From Oceanispirochaeta sp. (GTDB lineage: Bacteria; Spirochaetota; Spirochaetia; DSM-2461), in assembly GCA_963666275.2 (NCBI GenBank), contig CAXXOA010000002.1, positions 2,219,697 through 2,283,696 on the forward strand: 64,000 nt of DNA, written 5' to 3'. Shown piece by piece: positions 20,004-30,899 of this stretch (its first letter is position 1; each line of letters begins with the position of its first letter). A model generated the notes under the pieces. It was not told the origin of the DNA. It saw only the letters and a list, made by a program, of their open reading frames with translations, and did no database searches. A program made the translations under genes and the position numbers.

Positions 20004-21506
20004 ATGGAAAAAAAGGAAAATGTTCTGGAGATGCAGGGCATATCGAAGTATTTTCCAGGCGTTCAAGCGCTTAAGGACGTAAATTTTTCGGTCCGAAAAG
20101 GCGAAATCCATGCATTAATCGGTGAAAATGGGGCTGGGAAATCGACTTTGATGAAAGTGCTCCTGGGAATGCATCATCCTGATGAGGGAACGATTATCCT
20201 GAATGGTGAAAATGTCCAGATAAACAGTCCGCATGATGCTCTTTCCAAAGGGGTTTCAATGATTCATCAGGAGCTGAGTTTAGTCCCGGAAAGAACAGTT
20301 GCGGAAAATATCCTCATAGGACGGGAGCCGAAAAGTATTATTCCCCCCTTTATGAGTTGGACAAAGCTTTTTACTCAAGCAGATGAAATCTTGGAACGGC
20401 TGCATTTGGATTTCAATGCGAGGGATTTGGTAAAGGACTTAAGTGTTGCCGGTCAGCAGATGATTGAGATAGCCCGGGCGGTTTCATGCAATTCCAATTT
20501 GATTATTATGGACGAACCCACATCCGCATTAACGGATAAAGAAGTGAACACTTTGTATGAAATCATGACGAAGTTGAAATCCCAGGGAATATCTATAATT
20601 TTCATTTCTCATAAGTTAGACGAAATATTTAGGATTGCTGATAGGACTACGGTTCTTAGAGATGGAGAATTTATTGCTGTCCGTGACAATAGCAGTTTTG
20701 ACAAACCGGCGCTGATCACTATGATGGTGGGGCGGGAATTGAACAAGATCTTTCCCAAAGAAGATGTTGAAATCGGAAATCCCATACTTGAAGTAAAGAA
20801 CCTGACAGCGGATGGTGTTTTTAAAGATATTACCTTTGATTTGAAAAGAGGGGAAATCCTTGGATTTGCCGGGCTTATGGGATCGGGACGGACTGAGATC
20901 ATGCGGGCCCTTTTCGGAGTTGATCATCTGGATGAAGGGGAGATATTCCTGAAAGGAGAAAAAGTAACAATTCGTCATCCGAAAGATGCCATCCGGCTTG
21001 GCATTGGTATGGTGACAGAAGATAGAAAGGAAGAAGGCCTGGCACTATACCGGTCTATTAAAGAAAATATTGCTATGGCTACAGTGGATGAAAATTGCAA
21101 ATACGGTTTCATCCTAAACAGAAAAGAGGTTGAGGCAGGCAATGAATACAAAAAAATGCTTTCTATTAAAACTCCAAACCTGAATGTTAATGCCAATTCT
21201 TTGAGCGGCGGGAATCAGCAAAAAGTGGTAATTGCCAAATGGTTGAAAGCCAAACCGGAAATTTTGATTCTGGATGAACCCACAAGGGGGATCGATGTGG
21301 GGGCAAAGTCAGAGATTCATAAACTGATGACTATGTTCGTAAAAAGAGGGATGTCGATCATTATGATTTCGTCGGAAATGCCGGAAGTCCTGGGAATGAG
21401 TGATCGAATTGTTGTTATGCATGAGGGGCATTTGAAAGCAATTCTCGACCGGGAAGAAGCTTCTCAGGAATCTATCATGAAATATGCCGTAGGGGGAGGA
21501 GATTGA
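20004..21506 (+). CDS. Sugar ABC transporter ATP-binding protein (RbsA/MglA type)
   Basis: [17 protein letters not shown] and LSGGNQQK. Confidence 0.93.
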   Translation: MEKKENVLEMQGISKYFPGVQALKDVNFSVRKGEIHALIGENGAGKSTLMKVLLGMHHPDEGTIILNGENVQINSPHDALSKGVSMIHQELSLVPERTVAENILIGREPKSIIPPFMSWTKLFTQADEILERLHLDFNARDLVKDLSVAGQQMIEIARAVSCNSNLIIMDEPTSALTDKEVNTLYEIMTKLKSQGISIIFISHKLDEIFRIADRTTVLRDGEFIAVRDNSSFDKPALITMMVGRELNKIFPKEDVEIGNPILEVKNLTADGVFKDITFDLKRGEILGFAGLMGSGRTEIMRALFGVDHLDEGEIFLKGEKVTIRHPKDAIRLGIGMVTEDRKEEGLALYRSIKENIAMATVDENCKYGFILNRKEVEAGNEYKKMLSIKTPNLNVNANSLSGGNQQKVVIAKWLKAKPEILILDEPTRGIDVGAKSEIHKLMTMFVKRGMSIIMISSEMPEVLGMSDRIVVMHEGHLKAILDREEASQESIMKYAVGGGD

Positions 21507-21509
21507 AGG

Positions 21510-22475
21510 ATGATGGAAAATACAGTGAATTTTACAAAACAGATCAAATACAAAGAAATATTGCTGAAGTATAAAATGTTTCTGATCCTTCTGGTCATGA
21601 TTGTGGGAATGACATTTGCGAGCGATTTCTTTCTGACTTCAAGAAATATTGTCAATATTATCAGACAGATATCAATTAATGCCATTATTGCAACGGGAAT
21701 GACCTTTGTCATTATTACCGGAGGAATCGATTTAAGCGTGGGATCTATTCTGGCTGTTTCGGGTGTACTAGCTGCCTATATGGTAAAAAATACGGCAGCC
21801 CCACTTTGGATTATAGTCGCCATCAGTATCCTGGCTGGAGGGGTCTGCGGTGTAGCAAACGGTTTGATTATATCCCGCTTAAATGTTCCGCCATTCATAT
21901 CAACATTGGCCTTGATGACAGCCTGTAGAGGGTTGGCATACAGGATAGCAGGGGGACGACCAATTGTTGACCTGAGTGAAAAATTCCTTTCCATAGGAAG
22001 AGGAAAATTTTTATCCATACCCAATCCTATCTGGTTTATGATCTTCATTCTCGCCATTGGTTTTCTGATTCTGCAGAAAACAAAATTCGGAAGATTTGTC
22101 TATTACATCGGAGACAATGAAGAGGCTGCCAGAGTTTCTGGTATTAGTGTGAAAGCGGTAAAAACAACAGTATACACTCTGGCGGGTTTATGTGCCGGAT
22201 TTGCCGGAGTAATTTTGAGCTCAAGGATCAATTCAGGACAGCCTCAGGCCGGTCTGACATATGAGCTGGATGCAATCGCAGCGGTTGTCATTGGGGGGAC
22301 AAGCCTCTCTGGAGGAATCGGAACCATAAGCGGCACTCTTGTGGGAGCATTTATCATAGGAATCATCAACAACGGTATGAATCTTTTAAATGTTTCTCCT
22401 TTTAATCAGATGATCGCAATGGGTCTTGTAATTCTGGGCGCTGTTATTCTGGATATGCAGGCGTCTAAAAAATAA
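21510..22475 (+). CDS. Sugar ABC transporter permease
   Basis: GGIDLSVGS, PPFISTL and YELDAIAAVVIGGTS. Confidence 0.93.
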   Translation: MMENTVNFTKQIKYKEILLKYKMFLILLVMIVGMTFASDFFLTSRNIVNIIRQISINAIIATGMTFVIITGGIDLSVGSILAVSGVLAAYMVKNTAAPLWIIVAISILAGGVCGVANGLIISRLNVPPFISTLALMTACRGLAYRIAGGRPIVDLSEKFLSIGRGKFLSIPNPIWFMIFILAIGFLILQKTKFGRFVYYIGDNEEAARVSGISVKAVKTTVYTLAGLCAGFAGVILSSRINSGQPQAGLTYELDAIAAVVIGGTSLSGGIGTISGTLVGAFIIGIINNGMNLLNVSPFNQMIAMGLVILGAVILDMQASKK

Positions 22476-22556
22476 TTCTATAAAAGGAGGAGTACCCATT
22501 TAAAAAGACCTGTTTAGGTTTGCCAAAAATTTTTTCAAACATTTATAGGAGGAATT

Positions 22557-23498
22557 ATGAAAAAATTTACTTTTATGCTTTTTGTGATGGTTGCGGTTTG
22601 TTTCCTGGCTCCGGCTGAAGGCCAGAAAGAAGGGGATGGAAATGTAAGGATCGGGTTAAGCATGTCTGCTCATACCCAGTTCTTGGAAAACGTTACAGCG
22701 GCAGCAGAAAGACAGGCTGCAAGAATGGATGATGTAGAACTTGTTGTTCTTAACGCGAATGACGATGTGGATAAACAAATTACAGATGTTGAAACTCTTC
22801 TTGTACAGAAAGTGGATGTTATAATCCTGAATCCACTGGATAAAATTGGATTGGGAGGAGCCGTCGATACGATTAAGGACGCCGGCATACCACTGGTTGA
22901 AGTCAACACTTTTACTGTAAATGACAGCTATGATGTCTATGTAGGATCTAATGAAGAGGATGCCGGAAGAATTCAGGCTAAATGGATTTTGGATAATATC
23001 GGAAATGCCGGAAATGTCTGTATCTTGTATGGTGTAATGGGGCATTCAGGACAGATCGGACGGTTTGATGGACTGAATATGTCTCTTATGGAACAATACC
23101 CTGACTGGAAAATCCTTGCTGACCAGACCGGTGAATGGCAACGGGATGAAGGTTTGAGAATCACGGAAGACTGGGTTCAAAGATTTAATAACATTGATGT
23201 AATTGCTGCTCAGAATGATGAAATGGCTATGGGGGCACTCCAGGCAGTTCAGGAAGCCGGGATGGCAATCCCTGTTTTAGGTGTGGATGCCAGTCCGGAT
23301 GCGATTGAATCCGTTATACAGGGCGAACTTGCTCTAACTGTATTCCAGGACTCCGAAGGACAGGGCTCAGAGGCGGTCAAAGTAGCTTATGGTCTTGTTA
23401 AAGGACAGACTTTCGATAAATTTGTAGAAATCCCTTATAGGGAAGTAAACCAGGGAAATGCGGAAGATTTTAAAAAAATGCTGGAGTCCTGGAAGTAG
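22557..23498 (+). CDS. Sugar ABC substrate-binding protein (inositol/rhizopine-like)
   Basis: Signal peptide; YVGS, WQRDEG, AQNDEMAMGA and TVFQD. Confidence 0.9.
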   Translation: MKKFTFMLFVMVAVCFLAPAEGQKEGDGNVRIGLSMSAHTQFLENVTAAAERQAARMDDVELVVLNANDDVDKQITDVETLLVQKVDVIILNPLDKIGLGGAVDTIKDAGIPLVEVNTFTVNDSYDVYVGSNEEDAGRIQAKWILDNIGNAGNVCILYGVMGHSGQIGRFDGLNMSLMEQYPDWKILADQTGEWQRDEGLRITEDWVQRFNNIDVIAAQNDEMAMGALQAVQEAGMAIPVLGVDASPDAIESVIQGELALTVFQDSEGQGSEAVKVAYGLVKGQTFDKFVEIPYREVNQGNAEDFKKMLESWK

Positions 23499-23507
23499 CT
23501 TGATTTT

Positions 23508-23530
23508 AAGCAGGCTCCAGAGCCTGCTTT
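23508..23530 (+). terminator. Stem-loop after the binding-protein gene
   Basis: AAGCAGGCTC-ca-GAGCCTGCTTT. Confidence 0.55.
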
Positions 23531-23559
23531 GAATTACAAAAAAAAGTGAGGGCACTATT

Positions 23560-24600
23560 ATGGAAAATACAACTAAAATAGGGATCATCGGCATAGGTCG
23601 CTTAGGCTATGAGCATGCTAAGAATATCCACTATAATATTCCGTCTGCTGAATTATACGCGGTATGCAGCGTTGTGGACAAAGAACTGGAGAAAGCAAAA
23701 AATGATTTCAATCCACCTATAGTAACCAATGATTATAATGAGCTTTTTCGTTTGAAAGAATTGGATGCCGTTGTTGTGGCTACCAACTCCCAAACCCATT
23801 GCGAAGTCATTTGTGAAGCTGTGAAAGCAGGGGTTAAAAAGATATATACAGAAAAACCTATTGGTATGTCCCTGGATGAACTCAATAAGATAAAAAACAA
23901 GGTTGAATCGGAAAAGGATATCCTTTTTCAGGTCGGTTACAATCACAGGTTTGATAAAAATCTGGTGGAGGCTCATAAGAAAATCAGTGAAGGTTTTATT
24001 GGAAAGCCAATACTAATAAGAATAGAGTCCAGAGATCAGTCTGGCATTGAAGATTTTATTGTAAAATTCAGCCCCTCCAGCGGCGGTTTTATCGCTGACA
24101 TGATGACCCATGATTATGATACGGCCAGATGGTTTACCGGTTCGGAAGCTGAAACAATTTACGGCTTGGGTGATGTCTATGCTTATGAAGGATTAAGAGC
24201 CTGCGGTGATATGGATAATACGGCAATCCTTATGAAATTTAAAAACGGAGTCATGGTGATGCTGACTGCCAGCCGGAACAGTGCGTACGGATATCATGCA
24301 CCTATGGAAATTTTCGGAACCGAGGGGTCTATAAAGATAGGTGATTATTCTTATAACTCCCAAAACACCTATTTAAATAAGAACGGCGTAGTCCGCAACT
24401 GCAGCGAATGGTTTTTTGAGTATTGGCAGGATACTTATCTTGCCGAGATGGAAGATTTTGTCAGTTGCGTCAGGGAAGGCCGGGAACCTAAAGTCAAGCT
24501 GGAGGATGGGTATAAGGCTGTTGAATGGGCAATCCGAGCGGATGAAGCTGTTAGAGGCAAGAAAATAGTTCAACTAAAACCGGAAGCAATACCGGTATAA
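23560..24600 (+). CDS. Gfo/Idh/MocA inositol dehydrogenase paralog
   Basis: GIGRLG, TEKP, GYNHRFD, SGGFIADMMTHDYD and SRNSAYGY. Confidence 0.88.
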   Translation: MENTTKIGIIGIGRLGYEHAKNIHYNIPSAELYAVCSVVDKELEKAKNDFNPPIVTNDYNELFRLKELDAVVVATNSQTHCEVICEAVKAGVKKIYTEKPIGMSLDELNKIKNKVESEKDILFQVGYNHRFDKNLVEAHKKISEGFIGKPILIRIESRDQSGIEDFIVKFSPSSGGFIADMMTHDYDTARWFTGSEAETIYGLGDVYAYEGLRACGDMDNTAILMKFKNGVMVMLTASRNSAYGYHAPMEIFGTEGSIKIGDYSYNSQNTYLNKNGVVRNCSEWFFEYWQDTYLAEMEDFVSCVREGREPKVKLEDGYKAVEWAIRADEAVRGKKIVQLKPEAIPV

Positions 24601-24729
24601 GTCACCTCACGTTTCTTGAGTAGAGGGTTGCAATGTCCCAGGAGGGTGAGGGATAATGCAACCAAACCCTCTCCTGTCTCCTTTCCCCGGTCCTTGAGAT
24701 GGTGTCGAAGGGGAGGGAGAGGGTATTAT

Positions 24730-24862
24730 TTATCTTTTAGTGGAGTAGAACTCATCCCAGCCGTTATAGCTGCTTTGCCCTTCCAGGTCATCTTCAATCC
24801 GCATCATCTGATTGTACTTTGCCTCCCTGTTGGAACGGGACATGGAGCTGGTTTTTATGAAA
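24730..24862 (-). pseudogene. eno: Enolase C-terminal fragment
   Basis: [26 protein letters not shown] matches the enolase C-terminal motif xIKTGSxSRSDRxAKYNQLLRIEEEL. Confidence 0.75.
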
Positions 24863-24934
24863 CTGGTGATGAGGGCTTCTATGAGGAAGTGATAAGCCCG
24901 CAAGGAAGAACAGCAGGAACTCATTAAAACCAGA

Positions 24935-25336
24935 GGGGCACTAGAACTCTGGAGTATCATCACTCTCACTCCTATGCAGATAAACAACCCAGAAAAACTT
25001 ACCTCTACAATTAAAAATCTTCAGAAACAAGTCAATCATATGAAAGTCAGTTTGGGAGCGGAGCAGAGAAACAATATGGTGGAAGCAGATTACACCTTTC
25101 ATAATATTATTGTGAAAAGTACAGGTAATAATCTTTTTTATTCAATCTATAACACTCTCAGATCCTTTCTATTGGAAGATATAATCCAGTCTCAGAGTGA
25201 TTATATTGATCCTGAAATGATTATCTGCGAACATCAGGCAATCATCGATACCATTAAGAGTAGAGATGCTTCCCAGTCTATTGATGTATTCAGTTCTCAT
25301 ATTAAGAATATTAAAAGCAGACTTAAAATCAATTAG
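24935..25336 (+). pseudogene. FCD-only fragment of a third FadR/GntR paralog
   Basis: MVEADYTFHNII...NNLFYSIYNTLRSF...EHQAII...FSSHIKN aligns with the C-terminal half of 7593..8303; no HTH. Confidence 0.75.
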
Positions 25337-25421
25337 AGGTCAGAAAATCTATTCTCAGAATATAATCCCCTTCTTAATAAACTTAGTTCTAGATGGAGAA
25401 AGCTATTGGATCTCCAATCTG

Positions 25422-25607
25422 TTATAAATCCTGATTCTTCCGGTATGCCCGGTAGGAAAATCCGGCAAACTTTTTAAATAACTTTGAGAAATACTTGGGA
25501 TCATGGATTCCTACCTGTGATCCGATCTCTTCAAGAGTCATATTTCTCCGGCGATAACGTATAATTTCTTTCGCAATTTCAAAAATGAATAATAAATAAG
25601 TCCTCAA
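25422..25607 (-). pseudogene. AraC-family HTH C-terminal fragment
   Basis: LEEIGSQVGIHDPKYFSKLFKKFAGFS..AYRK; the upstream part is replaced by the IS256 remnant. Confidence 0.75.
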
Positions 25608-25656
25608 TCTGACGATTGTTTAATAACCACAAAAAACGTGTCAGAAGGAGGACTGT

Positions 25657-26181
25657 ATGAATGGTAATATTATCGAAATAAACGAGGATAAAGTCAAAGA
25701 CCATCTCGGGAATTTCGTAAGGCAAACGGTAGAAGAGACATTGAATGCAATGCTAGAAGCAGAAGCTGATCAGTTATGTAATGCTCAGAAGCATGAACGG
25801 AACTCGGAACGACAGGGATATCGTTCGGGGCATTATCAAAGATCTCTACACACCAAAGCCGGCGAGGTGAAACTTCAAGTTCCGAAACTCAAGAAGGTTA
25901 CCTTTGAAACCGCTATTATTGAGAGATATAAACGGCGGGAAATCTCTGTAGAAGAAGCTATGGTGGAAATGTATCTTGCTGGCGTTTCAGTTCGTCGACT
26001 AGAAGATATTACAGAAGCTCTGTGGGGCACAAAGGTTTCTCCGGGAACAATCAGCAATTTGAATAAGAAGATATACGGTGAGATTGAGAAATGGAGAAAT
26101 CTTCCTCTGAAGAACCATTACTCCTACGTTTATATAGATGGTATATGGATGAAACGTACCTGGTGTAATGCGACACTATAA
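25657..26181 (+). mobile_element. IS256-family transposase, N-terminal 174 aa only (truncated)
   Basis: RSGHYQRSLHTKAGEV.LQVPKL, EMYLAGVSVRR and YVYIDG; it stops just after the first catalytic Asp. Confidence 0.88.
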
Positions 26182-26681
26182 TGAATAACTGTAGAGAATA
26201 TAATTAATAGCAAACCTAGAATCCCTGTTATATGAAGGAGCGTTAACTGTTTAAGGGATAAATCGGACAGGAAACCCCCGATAATGTTCATTTCAATAAG
26301 AAAAAATGCTGTAACTGATAGACCAGTGATAAGAATATTAAACCAATGGTGATACTCCTGTAAAAGAATAAAACTGAATAACGGGATACATAGAAAATAG
26401 AAGTGCATCCCTGATGATTTATTGAGAAAAATAAACATTTAATAAAAAATGTGAACAAAGAAAGTAAGCAGAAAAAAGTAAATAGCTCTGGTTGCATTTT
26501 TTCTATGCATAATTATCATGGATGAATAAACGAAGGTGGCTAATAGGTTTAAGGAAGCCATGATTATAGAACTAAAGGCAAGGTATATTAAAAAATAAAT
26601 GAATGCGCATAAGACTGTGATATATGCGATAAAAAAAAATGGTTTTAATTCTTTTAGTTTATTAAATGATGGAATTTTCAT
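26182..26681 (-). pseudogene. Fragmented multi-TM membrane protein, truncated at the IS256 remnant
   Basis: Consecutive hydrophobic ORF pieces (26439..26681 and 26130..26438) in the same frame, separated by a stop. Confidence 0.4.
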
Positions 26682-26800
26682 AATATAAATTATTCCTTCT
26701 AATTTACATTATCGGCTTTTGTATTACTAAAATCAAAAAGCTGCTGCTCAAGTCTTTCCAACCTGAACAACAGCTATTACTGAATAAATCTTAAGGACTC

Positions 26801-28432
26801 TTAAGCACCCATAAACATTTTTATATCATCTTCCACTTCACCGATACCGGCTATGCCGAAGTTTTCTACCAGAACTTTAGCCACATTGGGGGAAAGGAAG
26901 GCGGGGAGGGTTGGTCCCAGGTGGATGTCTTTGACACCCAGGTAGAGGAGGGCCAGGAGAACAATCACCGCTTTCTGCTCATACCAGGCAATGTTGTAGC
27001 TGATAGGCAGATCGTTAATGTCATTCAGTTCAAACACCTCTTTCAGTTTCAGGGCTGTTACTGCCAGAGAATAGGAGTCGTTACACTGACCCGCATCCAG
27101 GACTCTGGGGATTCCGCCGATATCACCCAGGGGCAGTTTGTTGTACCGGTATTTGGCACATCCGGCTGTAAGAATGACAGTATCAGAGGGGAGCTGCTGA
27201 GCAAACTCTGTATAGTAATCTCTGCCCTTCATCCTACCATCGCATCCGGCCATGACAAAGAACCGTTTAATCGCACCGGTTTTCACGGCGTCCACCACTT
27301 TGTCTGCCAGGGCAAGTACCTGGTTGTGGGCAAAACCACCGATAATGGATCCTGTTTCGATTTCTACAGGGGCTTCGCATTTTTTCGCATGTTCGATGAT
27401 CGCGGAAAAGTCTTTTTTACCGGATCCTTCAATGTGTTTTACCCCGGGGAATCCGGCAGCACCTGTTGTATACATCCTGTCCTTATAGGAGTCCTTGGGA
27501 GGAGTGATACAGTTGGTTGTCATAAGGATGGGACCATTAAAGGACGCAAATTCCTTATCCTGTTTCCACCAGGCGTTCCCGTAGTTTCCTACAAAGTGGT
27601 CGTATTTTTTGAAGGAAGGATAGTAGTTGGCCGGGAGCATTTCACTATGGGTGTAAACATCCACACCGGTGCCTTCGGTCTGTTTCAGAAGGCTTTCCAT
27701 ATCTTTCAGGTCGTGACCGGAGATGAGAATCGCAGGATTGCTGCGAACACCGATATTCACTTCTGTAATTTCAGGGTTGCCGTAGGCTTCGGTATTGGCT
27801 TTATCCAGAACCGCCATGACGGATACACCTTTTTCTCCTGTTTCCAGGGTGAGCGCTACCAGTTCATCGGCGCTCAGGTTGTCATCCAGGGTGGCTGCCA
27901 GAGCTTTATACAGAAACTGCATAACAGATTCATCCTGCTGTGCCAGGTGGTCCGCATGGTAGGCGTAGGCGGCCATTCCTTTCAGTCCATAGATAATTAG
28001 TTCTCTCAGGGAACGGACATCTTCATTTTCCGTGGATAGAACACCTACTGTTTCGGCTTTCTGCTGCATGGCTGTTCCTGTCAGGGCTGTGAAGGTCGCC
28101 GCATCATGAAGTTCAGAGGGAACCAAGTCTCCCAGGTCTTTTTTCAGTTTGTCCCGGAGGGCTGTGGTTTCGATAATGGTTCTGACAAATACATCATCAT
28201 CAAAATTGGCATTGGTGATGGTCATGAAAAGGCCGCGCATTATGGCCTGGTCCGCTTCGGGGAGGGCTTTTCCCTGTGCTCTGGCAGTACCGGCAACCTG
28301 GGCCAGTCCTTTAAGGGTGTAGATCAGAAGGTCCTGCAGAGCTGAGGTTTCGGGCTGTTTTCCACAGACTCCTCTCACTTCGCAGCCTGTACCTTTTGCG
28401 GCTTCCTGACACTGAAAACAAAACATACTCAT
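26801..28432 (-). CDS. hcp: Hybrid cluster protein (hydroxylamine/NO reductase)
   Basis: N-terminal MFCFQCQE...GC...GVCGK; ISGHDL, YTHSEM, TTNC, GCDG, GCAKYR, GQCNDS and WYEQKA. Confidence 0.97.
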   Translation of the reverse strand: MSMFCFQCQEAAKGTGCEVRGVCGKQPETSALQDLLIYTLKGLAQVAGTARAQGKALPEADQAIMRGLFMTITNANFDDDVFVRTIIETTALRDKLKKDLGDLVPSELHDAATFTALTGTAMQQKAETVGVLSTENEDVRSLRELIIYGLKGMAAYAYHADHLAQQDESVMQFLYKALAATLDDNLSADELVALTLETGEKGVSVMAVLDKANTEAYGNPEITEVNIGVRSNPAILISGHDLKDMESLLKQTEGTGVDVYTHSEMLPANYYPSFKKYDHFVGNYGNAWWKQDKEFASFNGPILMTTNCITPPKDSYKDRMYTTGAAGFPGVKHIEGSGKKDFSAIIEHAKKCEAPVEIETGSIIGGFAHNQVLALADKVVDAVKTGAIKRFFVMAGCDGRMKGRDYYTEFAQQLPSDTVILTAGCAKYRYNKLPLGDIGGIPRVLDAGQCNDSYSLAVTALKLKEVFELNDINDLPISYNIAWYEQKAVIVLLALLYLGVKDIHLGPTLPAFLSPNVAKVLVENFGIAGIGEVEDDIKMFMGA

Positions 28433-28523
28433 TTAAAACTCCTTTATAAACAATCCCTGCGGAACCGTTAATTATTTATTTCTAAGTTATGCTTGGAGTA
28501 TATAAGCCTGTGAAAGTACTGGC

Positions 28524-28539
28524 TGTAACCTATGTTACA
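28524..28539. promoter_or_regulatory. Crp/Fnr-family (HcpR-like) palindrome upstream of hcp
   Basis: TGTAAC-ctat-GTTACA, with a near copy at 28918-28933. Confidence 0.7.
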
Positions 28540-28648
28540 TAAATAGGTATTTAAATACCTAAATGATAGAAATAAGATTTCCCGGAGAAATTATTGATAA
28601 CTGTCTGGCTACATATAAAACTTTAATGAATACACAAGGAGAACTGTT

Positions 28649-28897
28649 ATGGAATATAAGTTAGTTGCTGTAAAAGTAGGACACCGCGAGGACTCTGCTA
28701 CTAAGGTTCAATCGATCCTCACATCCTTTGGATGCAATATAAAAGTCCGTCTAGGACTGCATGATCTGCCTGAAGGGGCATGTTCTCCCATGGGGCTGAT
28801 TATTCTCCAGGTAACTGCTGCAGATAATGAATTGGATAAATTTCTGGCTGATCTGAATGGCCTGGAAGATGTGATTGCCAGGTCGCTCACCATTTAA
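28649..28897 (+). CDS. TM1266-like small ACT/NikR-C-fold protein ('iron-only hydrogenase system regulator'-like)
   Basis: KVQSILTSFGCNIKVRLGLHD...CSPMGLIIL; RBS AGGAG. Confidence 0.7.
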   Translation: MEYKLVAVKVGHREDSATKVQSILTSFGCNIKVRLGLHDLPEGACSPMGLIILQVTAADNELDKFLADLNGLEDVIARSLTI

Positions 28898-28917
28898 ATC
28901 CGGTAATTTATCTGAGG

Positions 28918-28933
28918 TGTATCCTATGTTACG
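28918..28933. promoter_or_regulatory. Second HcpR-like site, upstream of the methyltransferase-DUF438 operon
   Basis: TGTATC-ctat-GTTACG, 14/16 identical to 28524-28539. Confidence 0.6.
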
Positions 28934-28967
28934 GAATTTATCTCAAATGATACTTAAATTGTAATGT

Positions 28968-29693
28968 ATGAAACTATATGAAACCTTAGCAGCTGAATAT
29001 ACAGAAATCTTTCCCTCTTCTCAGGAAAAAGTTGATTTTGTTGAATCCTGCCTGGATGAGAACGGCAATCAGCGTATTCTGGATATAGGATGCGCCAGTG
29101 GAGAATTTGTCTATCAGTTATCTCATAACAACAGAGAAATAGTTGGAATTGACCTGGATCATCAAATGATTGAGAGGGCCCGTACTCTGTTTAAGAAGAA
29201 TGACATCTCTTTTATTGAAGACGATATGGTGAATTTTCTCTCACATGCGGTTCTGAACTCCTATGATACGGTTTGTTGTATGGGGAATACTCTCGCGTAT
29301 TTAGAGGATGAGGAACAGTTGAAGGAATTTCTGCAATTGGTAAAGACGGTGCTGAAAAAGCAGGGGAAACTGATCCTGCAGATACTGAATTATTCCAATC
29401 CGGCTATAGGCCCGGGTTTTCAGTTTCCTGTTTTGGAAAGTGAAAAGCTGGTTATGGAACGGGCATACGGAGAGTCCTCAGATCAGGCAAGACTGGATTT
29501 TAATACAAAGATTACAAATAAGATAACAGGCGAAACCGGTACTGATGTTCACTATCATTATCATTTCCTAAGTAAATCCATAGAATTAATTGCCGGTGAA
29601 CTGGGGTATTCAGCAATAAGCAGGTTTGGGAACTATTCCGGAAAAGAAGCTGATACGACTGATTTCTTTCATCTCCTGGTTCTGGAGAAATAA
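28968..29693 (+). CDS. Class I SAM-dependent methyltransferase
   Basis: ILDIGCASG, GIDLD and CMGNTLAYL. Confidence 0.88.
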   Translation: MKLYETLAAEYTEIFPSSQEKVDFVESCLDENGNQRILDIGCASGEFVYQLSHNNREIVGIDLDHQMIERARTLFKKNDISFIEDDMVNFLSHAVLNSYDTVCCMGNTLAYLEDEEQLKEFLQLVKTVLKKQGKLILQILNYSNPAIGPGFQFPVLESEKLVMERAYGESSDQARLDFNTKITNKITGETGTDVHYHYHFLSKSIELIAGELGYSAISRFGNYSGKEADTTDFFHLLVLEK

Positions 29694-29714
29694 TAATAGG
29701 AGAGGTGAAATGCT

Positions 29715-30899
29715 ATGGGTGAAGCTATAGGTAACAATATTATCAAAGAAGAAGAGCTCAGAAAGATTATAAAAGATCTGAATGAAGGCTCTGATATCAA
29801 AAAGGTGAAGAAAGAGTTTGATAAACTGATCCGGGATATCAGCCCCGAGGAGATCGCCAATGTGGAGCAGTCTCTTATCAATGAAGGCGTGCCGGTGGAG
29901 CATGTACAAAAACTCTGTGATATTCATGTACAGGTATTTGATGATGCCCTGAAAAAACAGGGGAAAACAAAGGTGCTCCCTGGGCATCCTGTGCATACCT
30001 ACAGAATGGAAAACAGAGAACTGCGGAAAAAAATCCGCAGCCTTAAAGCCGGCAGATCCGATTTCCTCTCCCATTTGAAAGATGTGAAACTGATAGAACT
30101 CCATTATGTGAGAAAAGAGAATCAGCTCTTTCCCTATCTGGAGTCAGTTGGTTTTACAGGCCCTTCCAAGGTCATGTGGGGAAAGCATGATGAAATCCGG
30201 ACACTCTTCCGGGAGATTGAAGAGGATTACAATAAGGGTGATCTGATTGCTGTAAAGAAGAAGACCAGGGGTTTGATTAAATCTCTTAAGAATATGATCT
30301 TTATGGAAGAGAAGATCCTTTTTCCAACGTCCATCCGCAAACTGCCGCCCCAGGCCTGGTCTGCTATCAGGAAGGGGGAAAATGCCATTGGATACAGCTG
30401 GATAGAACCGGGGAACCTATGGGATGCGGATATCGTGAGTACGCAGAGTACTGATGCTGTCTCTTCCTCTTCCGGTACCAAAAGCGGTATGAATGATAAA
30501 ATTCCTCTGGACACTGGGGAACTGACAGTATTTCAGATTAATCTCCTGCTGAAAAATCTTCCCTTTGATATGACCTATGTGGATGAGAATGACAAGGTTG
30601 CCTATTACTCGGAAGGGAAGGAGAGGATCTTCCCCAGAAGCCCCGGGATTATCGGTAGGGATGTGGCTAACTGTCATCCTCCAAAAAGTGTCCATGTGGT
30701 TGAGAAGATCGTAGATGCTCTGAAAAAGGGAGAAAAGGAACAGGCTGAGTTCTGGATTCAGATGAATGGTCAGTTTATTCATATCCGTTACTTTCCTCTT
30801 TTTGATCTATTGGGAAAATACAGAGGAATAATTGAAGTCAGCCAGGAAGTCTCAGGAATCCGGTCTCTGGAAGGGGAACGGCGCCTGTTGGATTGGTAA
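29715..30899 (+). CDS. DUF438 / hemerythrin / PAS_10 protein
   Basis: EIANVEQSLI, LCDIH, GHPVHT, HYVRKENQLFP, VMWGKHDE, EEKILFP and NCHPPKS. Confidence 0.9.
   Translation: MGEAIGNNIIKEEELRKIIKDLNEGSDIKKVKKEFDKLIRDISPEEIANVEQSLINEGVPVEHVQKLCDIHVQVFDDALKKQGKTKVLPGHPVHTYRMENRELRKKIRSLKAGRSDFLSHLKDVKLIELHYVRKENQLFPYLESVGFTGPSKVMWGKHDEIRTLFREIEEDYNKGDLIAVKKKTRGLIKSLKNMIFMEEKILFPTSIRKLPPQAWSAIRKGENAIGYSWIEPGNLWDADIVSTQSTDAVSSSSGTKSGMNDKIPLDTGELTVFQINLLLKNLPFDMTYVDENDKVAYYSEGKERIFPRSPGIIGRDVANCHPPKSVHVVEKIVDALKKGEKEQAEFWIQMNGQFIHIRYFPLFDLLGKYRGIIEVSQEVSGIRSLEGERRLLDW

Noticed and set aside
24616..24927. 103-aa plus-strand ORF
   Set aside because: It is antisense to the enolase fragment and spans a hairpin; composition is not protein-like.
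26921..28000. Long antisense ORFs (also 47290..48255, 48147..49532, 52260..53489, 60642..61832, 50927..52120, 42365..43252)
   Set aside because: They are shadows on the opposite strand of well-supported genes and have no recognisable motifs.
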